A stretch of DNA of 64,000 nucleotides from assembly GCA_037379345.1 (NCBI GenBank), contig CM074518.1, positions 1,426,001 to 1,490,000 of the forward strand, given 5' to 3'. The translations under genes were made by a program, and so were the position numbers. Under the pieces are notes generated by a model. That model saw only the letters and a list, made by a program, of their open reading frames with translations, had not been told where the DNA came from and did no database searches. The number at the start of each line of letters is the position of its first letter. Position 1 is the stretch's first letter. Below are positions 10,835 to 25,800 of the stretch, piece after piece. Origin of the DNA: Perna viridis. Taxonomy: Eukaryota.

Positions 10835-13800
10835 CTGAAAAAAAGTTTACCAGTGTTTTATCTACTATTGACACCATTTAATTCCAAGTTAATATGGCTT
10901 AAATATTAGTTTAAACATTTAATTGAAACATTAAAGAACATTAGTGTGCACACTAACAATACCTCAAAAGTACACATGTACACTCTTTCAAAAAATCCAG
11001 ACCCTATTACAAGATAATAATTGGTCCCCTTTATAATATAAGACAGCTGGCTGGTTGGAAATATTGTACCAATATACAAAAATAAGGGAGACAGTTCTGC
11101 CGCAAAGAATTTCTGCCTAATTACCATTGTCAGCTGTCTTGGAAAACTTTACACTGCTGTCTTAACCAAAAGACTGAAAAAATACTCTGATATTTTCATG
11201 ATCTTAAAAGACAATCATGTGGTTTTAGGGTAATCAAGGCAACCAAGATTGTAGTGGAAATCAACAGAATGTAATCCAGTCACAAGACCAGCCATGGCAA
11301 ACAGACAAACACAACAAAGAACATAAATTAACCAAAATAATACAAAGTAAAGTAACAAAAGTAAATGAGCACTTCCGACCCCACTAAAAACAGAGCATGG
11401 ACCAGGTGCACCAGTAGGGTAAGTGTCCTGTTTTCTAGAAACGCTTACCGCAAAAAAATTATCCCGTGCAATTATTGACTTTGAAAATGCAAGGCCAAAT
11501 TATGTCTTACTGACCAGTGTAGCCTTTTGTGCTAACTGTAAGATACTGTAAATATATTAATTTTTGCTGTGTACATATTTTCACTACTACCGAGATGGAC
11601 AGAAAATCATGAAAAAAATGTATCAGCAGAATGGAGTTTTAAACATTATATAACGATAATTATATTTTAAAACCCCATTAAATTAAGCTACTGCGAAAAA
11701 TAACAAATTTACAGTAGTCAATGGGCATGCGTGGAGCATGCTCAATATACACTTCCACAAGGATAATTCTTATAATCTGTTCAAGCTCTACCTTGCGGAA
11801 TTATATTTTGAGCATGCTTATCAACTTCGCACAAAAGGGACTGTTTGGAAATCTTGACATGAGAGTGCAAAAACTGTTAACTACAGACTTTATAAAAAGA
11901 CTGTATGTTTTGAAGATTACTTTAAAACTCTAGATGAGAGTAAATCTTTACTACTATGTTGATTTAGAACAGTGAACCATAGATTACCCATAGAGACAGA
12001 CCATTGGTAAAATAGAAGTGAGCAAATTTGTTTCAGTAATTAGTGAACCATAGATTACCCATAGAGACAGATCACTGGTAAAATAGAAGTGAGGAAATTT
12101 GTTTCGGTAATCAGTGAACCATAGATTACCCATAAAGACAGACCATTGGTAAAATAGAAGTGAGGAAATTTGTTTCAGTAATCAGTGAACCATAGATTAC
12201 CCATAGACAGATCACTGGTAAAATAGAAGTGAGGAAATTTGTTTCGGTAATCAGTGAACCATAGATTACCCATAGAGACAGATCACTGGTAAAATAATAG
12301 CAAGGAAATTAGCTTCAGTAATCACTGTAACATAGGAATAAGGCTAAAAGTCTTCAAGGGTAAAAAGGAGTCACTCTAGAACTTCAATCCAATAAAAACT
12401 TAATGGATTTCTTCAAGCTGAAGAAGAATGGTCTTCACTTTTCTCAATCTCTGTTTTTTTTTTTTAGATATACCAAAATAAGTGGCTTACCACTATGTTA
12501 ATTCATAGATATGGTAGCCATGTTTTTAATGGAGCAAAAATCTCAAGGTAATTTCTGTGCAGGATACCAAAATGACCACTCATATCAACTTTTATCAAAA
12601 CATGTCAAGTATTTCGGAGATAAAGATGCTTCAATAAAAGTTTACTAGCAACGACATCAACTGACAACAACAATGAAGGCACCAAGTGATTGCTATAGCT
12701 CACATAGCCCTTTGTGTCAAGTAAGCTAAAATGCATACATATTAACCTTTTGGAACAATTCATATGGGAGATCCGCCCTAAACAGTGTCTCAGGTGAGAT
12801 ATTTTTATGTGAAAGCAAATTTATTAAGCAAAAATTCATTCATTTAGTATTTTTAACAGAAAAAATACTAATTTTGACCAAAAACCTCCACCAAATCTCA
12901 CATTTTTCATTGATTTTGTGGGAGCCTCCACCTTAATGAGGGAGAGTTCACAGGTATGTAAAAAAGACATCTTTCAACTTTAGTAGATCTATAATTTTGA
13001 ATATAGTATGGCATAAATTGGGAAATGAAAAATCTGAACAATATTTCATTATGCAGAATAAAAAATACAGAAGAAAACAAGTGCTTTTTTTTCCCAAAAA
13101 GTGTATTGCAGATGTTCAATTGGAAAGGTTATAAGAGTACACATGACCTTTGTGAGAGTAACTACCTGTCTCAAATATTCTTTACAATCATGTTTGGCTT
13201 GCATTAATAAATCAGCTTGACCTTTAAGCACCCTAATGTTCCATGCAAAGTTCTCCATTGCCTATAAAAGAAAAAAATGTATCTATATCATGTAACATTT
13301 GAAATTCAGTTTATAGAAATCGGAAGGCATTTACATCTCATACAAACTAATAAATCAAAATACATGGATGAGCTTACAATTATAACATGGCTCGCAGTAA
13401 CATATATCCACAGTGATGTATAATAAATGATTGATTAGAAATAACCATCTGTGACATTTAATGCAGCAGTCTCTATATAGAGAAGATGTGATTCATTCTT
13501 GTCAGTAACTCACAAAAATCACTTCATTTCTTATTCAGTTATAAATCATATAAACAGTCTTGGAAGGTTTTCTGTACACGGAATCTCCTCTCCCATCGGC
13601 TGGAGTTTTATAAGGATTGGTATGTACACTGAATCTCCTCTCCCATCGGCTGGAGTTTTATAAGGATTGGTATGTACACTGAATCTCCTCTCCCATCGGC
13701 TGGAGTTTTACAAGGATTGGTATGTACACTGAATCTCCTCTCCCATCGGCTGGAGTTTTATAAGGATTGGTATGTACACTGAATCTCCTCTCCCATCGGC

Positions 13801-16800
13801 TGGAGTTTTACAAGGATTGGTATGTACACTGAATCTCCTCTCCCATCGGCTGGAGTTTTAGAAGGATTGGTATGTACACTGAATCTCCTCTCCCATCGGC
13901 TGGAGTTTTACAAGGATTGGTATGTACACTGAATCTTCTCTCCCATCGGCTGGAGTTTTACAAGGATTGGTATGAACACTGAATGTTCTCTACCACTGGC
14001 TGGAGTTTTATAAGGATTGGTATGTACACTGAATCTCCTCTACATTTGGCTGGAATTTTATAAGGATTGGTATGCACACTGAATGTTCTCTACCATTGGC
14101 TAGAGTTTTATAAGGATTGTTTCGATACACATATATACACAGAATATGTATAGGAGATCATGAAGAGCATTCATAAATGTCTCCTTTCCAGTATCGTTAA
14201 TTGTGAATCAGTCACATTCAACTTAGTAACATATATAAAAAATGTTAAAAATTGAAAGAGCATTTTTGTTATGACTGACCTTAGTAATTTTTTTGCCTTT
14301 TAGCCCAGCATTTGTACACACATTCTCTAAATCTTCATGCCATTCTAATCCTGCCCTCTGAGAATGTATCAGCTTAAAATCAGAAAAAAAACACATGCCA
14401 TTATATGAATGTCTGTTATAGCAAGAATAGATATGGTGAATATGTCAAAGAGACAACACTCCCACAGGAACAGTAGACTGTAACAGTTTAACTAAATTTG
14501 GTAATATTAAACTACACTTATACCAATGTTTGGTTGAAGTTTGTTAAAGAATGCATTACATATTTTATTAGCAAGTAAGGATGTATGAAATATTTACATG
14601 TATATAACAAAAGGGTTACTGCATTCATATTCGTGAACATTATCCCACACAGAGTAAAATATTGACCTCACAAGCTTGTGCAATATGATATCTATTCATG
14701 ACAACATTAACCAATATAACTACAACAGTCCTTTATTATTATCCTTTGTAGTAGGTATAAGCTCAGGACAATAATCCTCAACATTATTGCAATAATTCAC
14801 CAATAACAATCCTGAATATGGCAACGACATATTATTTTACAAATAACAATCCCCGAAATAGTGTAATGACACCAATAACAATCCCTGACAGGGTGTAATG
14901 ACACAGATCACCTAACCAATAACAATCTACAATATTATTGCAGTGACACTGATTATCTAACCAATTAATATCCCCAATTTTATTGCATGACCTGTACTAT
15001 CTAATCAGTAAAAATGTCTTCATTTCATTTAAAACAGTATACATACTCTTTCATATACACTATCAGCTTGCTCTATCAGATTCTTACATTCTGCTACAAG
15101 CTGTTAAAATACAAGAAATATTACTCAGAATTTTAGAAGGAGAGAACTCTACAATCATACAAAACAAAACCTGTCAAGGTAGTCAAGTTCCATTCAATAC
15201 TTAATTCAAAATTGTGAAGCAGTTTTTTTTTTTATTTTGGCATTTTTCCTTAAGGGATTTTTTTTTAACGTAGAATGCACTACGTGTATGGGAGATAACT
15301 TACATCAATAATTTGTGCATATTCTTTGCACATTAAGTATTGTGAATTTTTGCTTGGTTTGATTTGTTATACTAAAATCTATCCTCCTCAAACAAACAAT
15401 TTTCTTCTCTTTCAAGATAATTTTTACAAAGAAAGCATTAGAGAACATATGTTTCAAAGGGAGCAAATCCATACATTTTTACACAAAAGCACTACAAATT
15501 AAATATGTTATAAAAGATAACTATTGGTACACAGGATCATTGTTATTATTTTAATGCTTTAAGTGAACATTTAACACATGAAAATTTCATTACAATTAGG
15601 AAACCACCAAGTGCCACCCATCCTTATATATTTGTCTGATTTTTATATTGCACAGTGCTTAGTTAACTAACTCACTTGTTTTTCAGAACTCAAACTTTAG
15701 AATTTCTATCATCCAGTTTAAGCTCTCACTGCATTTTGCTTATATCGTATAGTAGCATGTACATTTAAGTAGCTAAATTATTTTTTTCTTGGGTTTGTTG
15801 TTACACTGGACATATTTTACAATTACCAATACATGCTGGAGTATGAAAGAACTAACCTCATCAAATGATATCAGAGCTTTCTTCAGAATGTCTGGAAGAG
15901 TACCTTGAGCTTCTAAACAGGGATACTGAAAACATGACAAGAAATTAAATGCAACTGAAAGAATTAAAGAACCTTAGTGAATACGCTCACATACCCCACA
16001 CATCCCCATATTGCATACTCAAGTAAATTTGTTTGTAAGAGAAATACATGTAGAAGTTTGAAACTCCAGACTGGGATTTCTTTGCGTTTTATTTAATTCT
16101 AAGTAAATATCATCATAGCAGAACAAAATGTACACTTGACCTGTAACTTATCATGGTGAACTTATATACCAAAAATCATGTCAATACCTGCAAGTGTTTA
16201 CAATAAACAAAACAGAAAATGGTTATTTCTTTGAATTATACTAAGTACACGGCCCGTAATTTCAATAAAAATCATCTGAGCAGAACGAAACGTAAGCTTG
16301 ACCTATAACTTATCATGGAGAACTTATATACCAAAAATCGTCAATACCTGCAAGCATTTAAAATAGACAAAACAGAAAACAGTTATTTCTTTGAATTATG
16401 CTAAGTACAAGGCCTGTAATTTTGGTAAAAATCATCTGAGCAGAACGAAATGTAAGCTTGACCTGTAACTTATCATGGGGAACTTATATACCAAAAATCA
16501 TAATCTGCATAACTGATATCTGCAAATGCTTCAAACAAAAGTGTGGAAAACTGACGGGTCAAAAACATTATACCCTCCACAAATTTGTTACGTGGGGTAT
16601 AAACAAACACTAAAAAACTGCTTTTTAAAATGTACAAATAACTTCAGAGATTAATTGGAATATTTTTAGTATGGTGCAATAATGATTTGAATACTTGACA
16701 AAATAGTTTCCCCCTACAGTTTATATCAACTGACATAGGTACGAATTTTAATAATTATGTATTTTTGATTCAAGAAATGAATTCTGAAAAAAAATTAAAA

Positions 16801-19800
16801 CTTTGTATAATGATAGGAAGATATAAGATGCTGTGCTATATAGGCACTGAAAACTTAAGTATTTATGTTCATAATGCTTACCTCTCCTTTGATTACCAGG
16901 TTTAAGGAGGCCTGCTCTGATGAATTTGATACTCTAGTGGCCAGTAGACGGATACACTGTTTTATGTTTGCAATGGGAGATAACCCACAGATTTCTTTGA
17001 ACTCAGCCAGAGCCAGCTGTACGGAGTCGCGTAAATCTGTACCATCTCTAAGAGGCTGTATTGCTACCTAAAAACAATGAAAACATGAATCTATGTTTCA
17101 ACAAGTAATTAAGGGAACAAAGACAAGGAAAAGGACACACACAACAAACAATATCATATCAATAAAATAACAGATACAAAAAAAAAAAACAGAAATGAGC
17201 AACCTGCCTTTTTTTTTTTTTTTTTAGAAACATCATCTGAGTTGCTCATGAAATGTCAACTCTGGGTGGACAAAAAAAAAAAGGAAAGGTATGAAACAGT
17301 TATAAGAACTCTAGTAAGACATAAACGATCTGTGTGGTTTAGGCAAACTCTGGCATAATGAATTTCATCAATGGGAATGGAAAAAAAACTGCCAATAACA
17401 CAAGATAATTATCCTATTTCATATCACAGCAATCAGAGCATTCAAAAACAAGTTCATACCTTTAATGAGTCCTTCAGGATGACTTAAATTATTAATTATA
17501 CATTAATTGGTGATTTAAACTCTAACGTCAGATATTCTTTCAGGACTTGAATCAAAATTAGGAAAAGAAGAATGTTTTATTTCCTTAAAAATATTACAGA
17601 CTTATAACAAACCTTGAACGTTTCATCAATACTTTTGACACCAACAGATTTCATACTGGTGTAATCTTTCTTCCTCTTTGTTTTCTTCACGGACATCCCT
17701 CTCCTATGAGATTTCTACAATAACATGAGATGTAAACATTAAATAGAGATATTTGGGACTTAGCTTCAGCAGCACTCTGTGTATGCAGGAGGTCAAAATA
17801 AAGATATTAGGGACGGAGCTTCAGCAGCACTCTGTGTATGCAGGAGGTCAAAATAAAGATATTAGGGACGGAGCTTCAGCAGCACTCTGTGCATGCAGGA
17901 GGTCTGAATATTGCAAAAAAAAAAAAACATACCAAAGTGCCAGCAGTAAGATGAAATCTAAACAAATTACCTAAATAAGAACATATGAAACAGAGACGAT
18001 CAACATATACAATGTAGCGAAATTAAAACAAGGGGCTCCAAGGAGTCTGAATCGAATCGCTCACCTGGTTGAAATTTGTCCTTCAAGGGCAATAAATTTA
18101 AGAAGTTGTCCAACAATTTGAACTCAAGAAGACTTTGGTAGGACTTATCATAAGGACCATTTCAGCAATTGAAAGTTTATTTATATCTATCATAGTTTTC
18201 ATGATATTGTCTTTTTTCATCTTTCAAAGGCAATAACTCTTACAAGGATTTGTCTGACAACTTTTAAACCTGAAGACTTTTGTAGTCCTAATAATAAGGA
18301 TCATTTCAGCTATTGAAAGAATTTGGCTGACCCTAACGGTTTTGCAGATATACGCAAATAACTTCTGTCGGACCCTATGTTCTATTTTTAGTAACGGCCG
18401 GCATGTTTTTTGATGGATCTTAAATCACCAAATCAGTTCTATGGAATATACCCCAGGGAACATTTGTACTGAGTTTGGTTTCAATTGGTAAAGTAGTGTC
18501 AGAGGAGAAATTTTTTGAAAAAAAATAACATTAAAAATAGCAAAAAAACATTGAAGAAGGGCAATTACTCCAACATGGCATAACAGATTAAAATGAAAAT
18601 TTGACAAGATAGATCTCATCATGTTGAACACTTTTACCACCATGTCAGAATTTGGCTAAACCTAATGGTTTTGGAGATATATGGGAAAAACTACTCTCTG
18701 ACCCATATGTTTTATTTTTAGTAATGGTGGCCATGTTTCTCAATGGATCAAAAATCCCCACATCAGTTTTATGTATGGTTCATCATGCTGAACAATTTTG
18801 CCCTTGTTATCATAATTGGTGTGATGGAAGATTGTATTTACATGTGCTTAATTACAACTAATACACAGTGATGGTATCTATGGTCTCTGACCCTAACAAA
18901 AGTATGGGTTCAGCTGATTACAATCTGCCTTTCTCCTTATGTAACCAGTGATATTTGACAGCAACAGGTTTCTGTTTATTCACCATTATTTTCAAACTGC
19001 TAATTAACTATGGTATTAAGTTCATTCTTGATCTTTTTGATACTCCAGTTAATACTTTCTTTTTGCTGTTTGAAAATCCTGGCAATCCTTTCTAATGAGA
19101 CTGACAGTAATGTAATGGGACGATGAAACAAGTTCATATATCCATGATTCTTGTCCAATAAATCACAACATGAAGCTGCATGCCTTGCTGTGCTAGGTAT
19201 ACCCCCATTCATACATGAAGTTGATATCAAACATAGTCAAAATTCTATTACAACACATGTCCCATGTATATTAAGGCACACACCAAAATCTAAATTAAAT
19301 CCAACTGGGAACGGAGATAATTGGGCTGAAATTCAGACAGACCATTATACAACTCGCTCATTGAATGGGGATATAATAAGTCAACGATCTGTCATTTTTC
19401 CAGGCATCGGATTTCCCCAACATGATTTCACATGTTATTTTGTCTTAATAGCAGGTAAGCTAGGGTTTCTGTTTCTGTAAACATCTCATTATATATTAAT
19501 TTTTAATAGATTTAATTAAGTATTGATTTCATAAAAAAAACAGGTGCACCACACACATATACACAGAGTACTTCACAGTTCATATGTTGGTAAAGATTCT
19601 AAGAAATAATAATATTAGACAGACCCTATGTCCATTCATTAAGATAGCATAATCAACATTAAGTTGTATATGTAATGCTAGGTATAAACCTTCTCGTAAA
19701 AGAGAAACAGAAAGATGATACAAATGTATCCAAAACTGCTTACAATATATGGTCCATCTAAATAAAGCCATATGCTAAATTTGAAACTGATTGGTAATCA

Positions 19801-22800
19801 AGATAACTGTGACAAAATAAAGCATCCAATACTTAGCCATAAGCCCCCTGTTGCCAGAAAAAAGTGAAAAAGTTAAATAACTCCAGCAAAATTTGTCAAA
19901 ACAAAATGGTACCACAATATGATCAGCTACAAACAGTAACTAACAATCTTTCGTAAAATTTGAACAAAATCTGTCAAGTGGTTTTCGAGAAGTTGTGTCC
20001 ACAAGTGTGTCTGGACAGACAGTGGTATTTTTATGTTCCCTTCCGCATAACATTGGGGGATAGAAAAAAAAGGTGGGGTAGTTTTGAAAAAAGCTAACAA
20101 AATCACTGGCTTTTTTAATCATATCAGAAGTGTGTACTGTATAATATTTCTACTTTATATCAATCAAGGAACAATACAACAGAAATGTAGGAAATAGTTC
20201 TAAAATATCAGAAATGAATGTAAGAACATATTGCTTAATAAACTTACCCCTCCCCCTCTTTTGTTGGTAATAGCTACATGTACAAACAATGAACAATTTT
20301 CTATTGGTTCTCCACCAGCGGATAGAATATTTATATGTCTGTAACCTGTAATATATAGAGATATAATGTACTTAAGTTTAGAAAGACCATCATCAGGACA
20401 TTGTAAGAGTTAAAGTTATCTGACCTACTGAATTTTTTATTTTCAGTTATTGGAAACAATAATAATTTTCATTTCGAAAATTGATACAAACAACTGGGAA
20501 TGAGTCAACAGTATGTTTTCTTTATTTTATTTTATTTTTTTTTTGTCTGTGTCATCACTGAAGTCAAATTCTTCAAGATATAGTCTGCTTTTGTCATCAA
20601 AATGGCTAGTTATCTCTGCTCAAGTGCCAAGTTCCATAGGCTGTTACAAAGAGCCCCTGAGCACTATAGACCAAGTTCTTTGGTCAGTGTTAGGACTTGT
20701 TAAGGTTAACTTCACGACTGTATATCAAGGCTTTTACATGCTGAATATTATATGTCAAAATCTGTATCACAAGTAGTATCAACATGAGGCTCCTATATCA
20801 TCCCAAGGAAACCCGCCTGTTAGGTGATATAGATTGCGGGTTGATACAACATGTGATACAGATTATGACATGTCATGTTTGTTATATCATATATTTTAAC
20901 TATACTTCAAGTATGTTCTGCGAAGGGTTGCAATATAGGTCTGGGAGCATGATATAGGATATGCGTTAAAGGTTTATCGATATAGGGTTTAAACAGTAAC
21001 TTATAATGCATATAAAAACTTCATCATGTGTATAAATATCCTGTAAAATATTTTAGATGTAGTTCAAAAACTGTACAAGGAGATAGCCGGACAAGCCATA
21101 TAGCCCTATTTCTGAGTAAAATGACTAAGTGTAACTATCACCAATTTCAGTAATATTTCACGAAAATCAAATTTCTTTGGCCCTGCACAACTTAATCATG
21201 TGTAGAAATATCCTGTAAAATAATTCAGATGTAGTTCAAAAACTGTACAAGGAGATAGCCTGACCAGTCATGATCCATATATTTCTGAGCAAAATGACTA
21301 GGTGTTACGATCACCAATTTCCATAATATTTCATGAAAATCAAAATCCTTAGGCCCTGCACACCTCCATCATGTGTAGAAATATCCTGTAAAATATTTTA
21401 GAGGTAGTTCAAAAACTGTACGAGGAGATAGCTGGACAAGCCATGATCATGTGTAATCCGGACGGACAAACAGTTTGTCGCGGGGGCATAAAAAGATATA
21501 CTTTAAGCTAAATATATGATATAACAAGACCATACATGTCACACTTGGGCACACTATAGAATGTTACATAAAACTATTCCTCCCAGAAAAAAAATATTCC
21601 ACTTACCAGTTTGCATACATTCAAAAGGAACTGTGTACTGGCCAATGAATTCATCACCAATATAATCATCATCTAATACAGCTATTCTGACTAGTGCTAG
21701 GTCTGGCAAGTTTATCTGGAACTCAAAACTCTCATCAAATATTGGATTTATACCTATAAATATACCAAACAGCATAAACAAACTATGAAAATGATATGAC
21801 AAAAAGAATCAGTTTACTTATTGCCCTAAAAATTGTACCCCTGTACCTTGACATATTTCTGGAAAATAGTCCCACAGACAATTAACTTATAATTGACACA
21901 AAATTAAATTCTGCACAGTGAGATTAAAACAGTTATTTGATAAATGTAGACAACATTATAAAGCAATGGTTATTTCTGTTTTCTAACTCAGCATCTGATC
22001 CTATGTTTATAGTAGCTCATTTAACTGAAGTTTTCTGTGTGTGCCAAATATTGGTTCTGTCACTAAGAGTGGTCCTAATGGGGGTTTTCATTGATATGAC
22101 ATAAGAGTGGTCCTAATGGGGGTTTTCATCGATATGACATAAGAGTGGTCCTACCGGGGGTTTTCATCGATATGACATAAGAGTGGTCCTACCGGGGGTT
22201 TTCATCGATATGACATAAGAGTGGTCCTACCGGGGGTTTTCATCGATATGACATAAGTGTGGTCCTAACGGGGGTTTTCATCGATATGACATAAGTGTGG
22301 TCCTAACGGGGGTTTTCATCGATATGACATAAGAGTGGTCCTAAGGGGGGTTTTCATCGATATGACATAAGAGTGGTCCTAAGGGGGGTTTTCATCGATA
22401 TGACATAAGAGTGGTCCTAAGGGGGGTTTTCATCGATATGACATAAGAGTGGTCCTAACGGGGGTTTTCATCGATATGACATAAGAGTGGTCCTAACGGG
22501 GGTTTTCATCGATATGACATAAGAGTGGTCCTAACGGGGGTTTTCATCGATATGACATAAGAGTGGTCCTAACGAGGGTTTTCATCGATATGACATAAGA
22601 GTGGTCCTAAGGGGGGTTTTCATCGATATGACATAAGAGTGGTCCTAACGGGGGTTTTCATCGATATGACATAAGAGTGGTCCTAACGGGGGTTTTCATC
22701 GATATGACATAAGAGTGGTCCTAACGGGGGTTTTCATCGATATGACATAAGAGTAGTCCTAACGGGGGTTTTCATCGATATGACACAAGAGTGGTCCTAA

Positions 22801-25800
22801 TGGGGGTTTTCACTGATATGACATAAGAGTGGTCCTAACAGTGACATAAGAGTGGTCCTAATGGGGGTTTTCATTGATATGACATAAGAGTGGTCCTAAT
22901 GGGGGTTTTCATTGATTTGACATAAGAGTGGTCCTAATGGGGGTTTTCATTGATATGACATAAGAGTGGTCCTAATGGGGGTTTTCATTGATTTGACATA
23001 AGAGTGGTCCTAATGGGGATTTTCATTGATTTGACATAAGAGTGGTCCTAATGGGGGTTTTCATTGATATGACATAAGAGTGGTCCTAATGGGGGTTTTC
23101 ATTGATATGACATAAGAGTGGTCCTACCAGTGGTTTTCTTTGATATGACATAAGAGTGGTCCTAACAGTGGTTTTCATTGATATGACATAAGAGTGGTCC
23201 TAATGGGGGTTTTCATTGATATGACATAAGAGTGGTCCTAACAGTGGTTTTCATTGATATGATATAAGAGTGGTCATAACAGTGGTTTTCATTGATATGA
23301 CATAAGAGTGGTCCTAACGAGGGTTTTCATTGATATGACATAAGAGTGGTCCTAACAGTGGTTTTCATTGATATGACATAAGAGTGGTCCTAACGAGGGT
23401 TTTCACTGATATGACATAAGAGTGGTCCTAACAGTGGTTTTCATTGATATGACATAAGAGTGGTCCTAACGAGGGTTTTCACTGATATGACATAAGAGGG
23501 GTCCTAATGGGGGTTTTCATTGATTACATTACTAACCATTATGAGGGACTGTTTTTGTTCTTTCCTCAGCACAATCAGCAGGTATACCAAATATCTCTAC
23601 TGTAACATAAGGATCCGTAACATCTCCTCGAGATCCTGATCCCTTAGGTTTGGGGAAGTGCTGACCACTAATAACCTATTAAAACATAACTGTAATAGTA
23701 AAAACAGGTCAAAGTTTACACTCTCTTTATGAAGAACTTTTAATTTCTTTTTAGTTTTGTTTTGGTTTCAGCTATCTTATCCCTGTAAATATCCCAACTC
23801 ATAAATATATTCAGTGTCTAACCTACATCTGCACTCAAACAAGGAAAAAAAACAAGTTATAGACCTCAGTGAAGATTGTTTACACTGTACAACAAAAAGA
23901 AGGCTTAAATCATATGAAGGCAAATTCCAGTTTTTTTTTGTTGGTTTATTCTGTTTTTTTGTTAACTCAATCACAGAAATCACAAATTACCTTCATGTGA
24001 AGTATCTGAGGAGAGACACCAGGTATTACATCTTTAGTATTGGCACTGAAGTAAGCTATTTCTTCCCTCATTATTGCTGGTTTGAGGACATAGCCACATC
24101 CACCATTCTTACTAAAGAAACCATTGTATAAATCCATCATTAGTCCAGGTGTTTGGTAGTTTAAGGCCACTGAAATTAAACAATGTACAAGTTTTTATCA
24201 TCAGATGTACAATATATTTAATAAATTATAAGGTAGACAGCCTTCAGTGACAAGGTAGTCATCAGGCTAACTATGTATAAAGTGTGGCAAATGAAGAAAA
24301 AAATGCAGGTACTTTATTGCATTATCCAAGTATTTATACCTCATAACCTTTAGAAATAACCATTGAAGTGTTTGTAAAGTTTGCCTTGGAAAAATTACTG
24401 GGAAATTTTCCTGCACTTATTATCTATGTAAACAATAAAAAATACCTATGTCACAGATGCTTCAGAATTAATTCACACAGCTTTTTGGTTGTTTTCTAGA
24501 TGTATTGAACATTGTTGCGGCAAAAAAGACCAACTTGATATAAGTGATGCGCCATCCATTGCTTGATTATTACACAGAATGGTACTTAAGCATTTAAATT
24601 GCTGAAAGTCATGCTGTTAGTTTGGGAACAGAAAAAACTCTCAGTTTTTGTTGTTTTTCATCCACTATCCTTATATAGTAATAGTCATAACTCCCAAATA
24701 TAATCCAAGTCTGAGAGGTAAAGAACTTTGTGGAACAAGATTATAGAGAAACATATGTTTATACTTGAATTACACAGTAAAACTGAATGAAAAACATGTT
24801 TTTGGCCCCTTATTTCATAACGGTTAGAAACATCAAAAATCAATACTATCTTAGTTTTTGTAATTAGAAACCTTGTAAAATTTCAACTAAATTAACTCAC
24901 TAGTATCAAGTAATCGTATGAAAACCAAGTGTCTATGGATGACAGAGCTGTATCATTATACAACCACAAAATTTTTAAAACAATATCTGAAAGCCCATGG
25001 TAACATATTTTACATTCTATACACTAAATAAAAACTAACCCATCTGACATCCACAATTCCACAGGTCCTGAGGATTATAGTTACTAGAATCAACTCTCAT
25101 TCCATTTGGATAGATGCGGGACAGGAATTTCTTATTGTGGTTTACAAACTCCTCAGGACATGCCATTGCCAGCTTTAGTGCTGTAGACTCGCTAAATGAA
25201 CACATTTCCCAATATTTTTCTGCCAAACAATAACATTGATACATTACTTCAATTATTGCCATTGAGTTTGATAAGTATACTGATAGCTTGTTTTTATGGG
25301 AAGTACCAGTAAAATTCTTTTCTCTTTCTTTTTCCAAGATGTACTATTTTTTAGAACTTTTGAATAAAAGACTGCTGATATTTATATCATAATGCAAGTT
25401 AATCACATCATAATTTTTTTCTGTTTAAAATTTTAATGGCTGATATTAAACAGTTTTAATGAATATAAAATTATCAGTAGTGTGAATAATTTGTTGTATT
25501 GTCTCATGGGCTTTCCCTGATTTACTCCATAGTTTTCATATTGTTTTTATTTTGTGTTGTGAAAAGTGACAATAAATTTCATTATAACAACATAAAAATA
25601 CATTGTATAATAAAAGTAAATAATTGTCATTTTGTGATTTTTTTCCTAGTTGATAGATAGTTTCTGATGCAGTGAGAGAAAAAGTCATTCCTAGATGCCT
25701 TTGTTACAATTTGTAATAGAATCATTGGTCATTCTCAGTGGTTATTTTACTTGATCAAGAAAGACATTGCCATAAGATAATCAATTATTATCTATAAATA

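Noticed and set aside
13148-13165. Alternative donor AAG|gtcatg adding VVTLTK
   Set aside because: Weak donor, and PLCL similarity continues directly from ...LRQ into the next exon; cannot be excluded without RNA data.
15676-15740. Candidate extra exon with a gtgagt donor
   Set aside because: No PLCL-like translation; the missing segment is supplied by exon 15047-15100.
16865-17071. Plus-strand ORFs over exons (also 13025..13207, 23814..24131, 14983..15204)
   Set aside because: Antisense shadows of real minus-strand exons.
19000-19480. Possible LINE RT remnant (HRPITLLSV on the minus strand)
   Set aside because: One short motif only; too degraded to call.
22064-23523. CRISPR-like regular repeat
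   Set aside because: Units are head-to-tail with no unique spacers, there are no cas genes, and it sits in a eukaryotic intron; it is a minisatellite.
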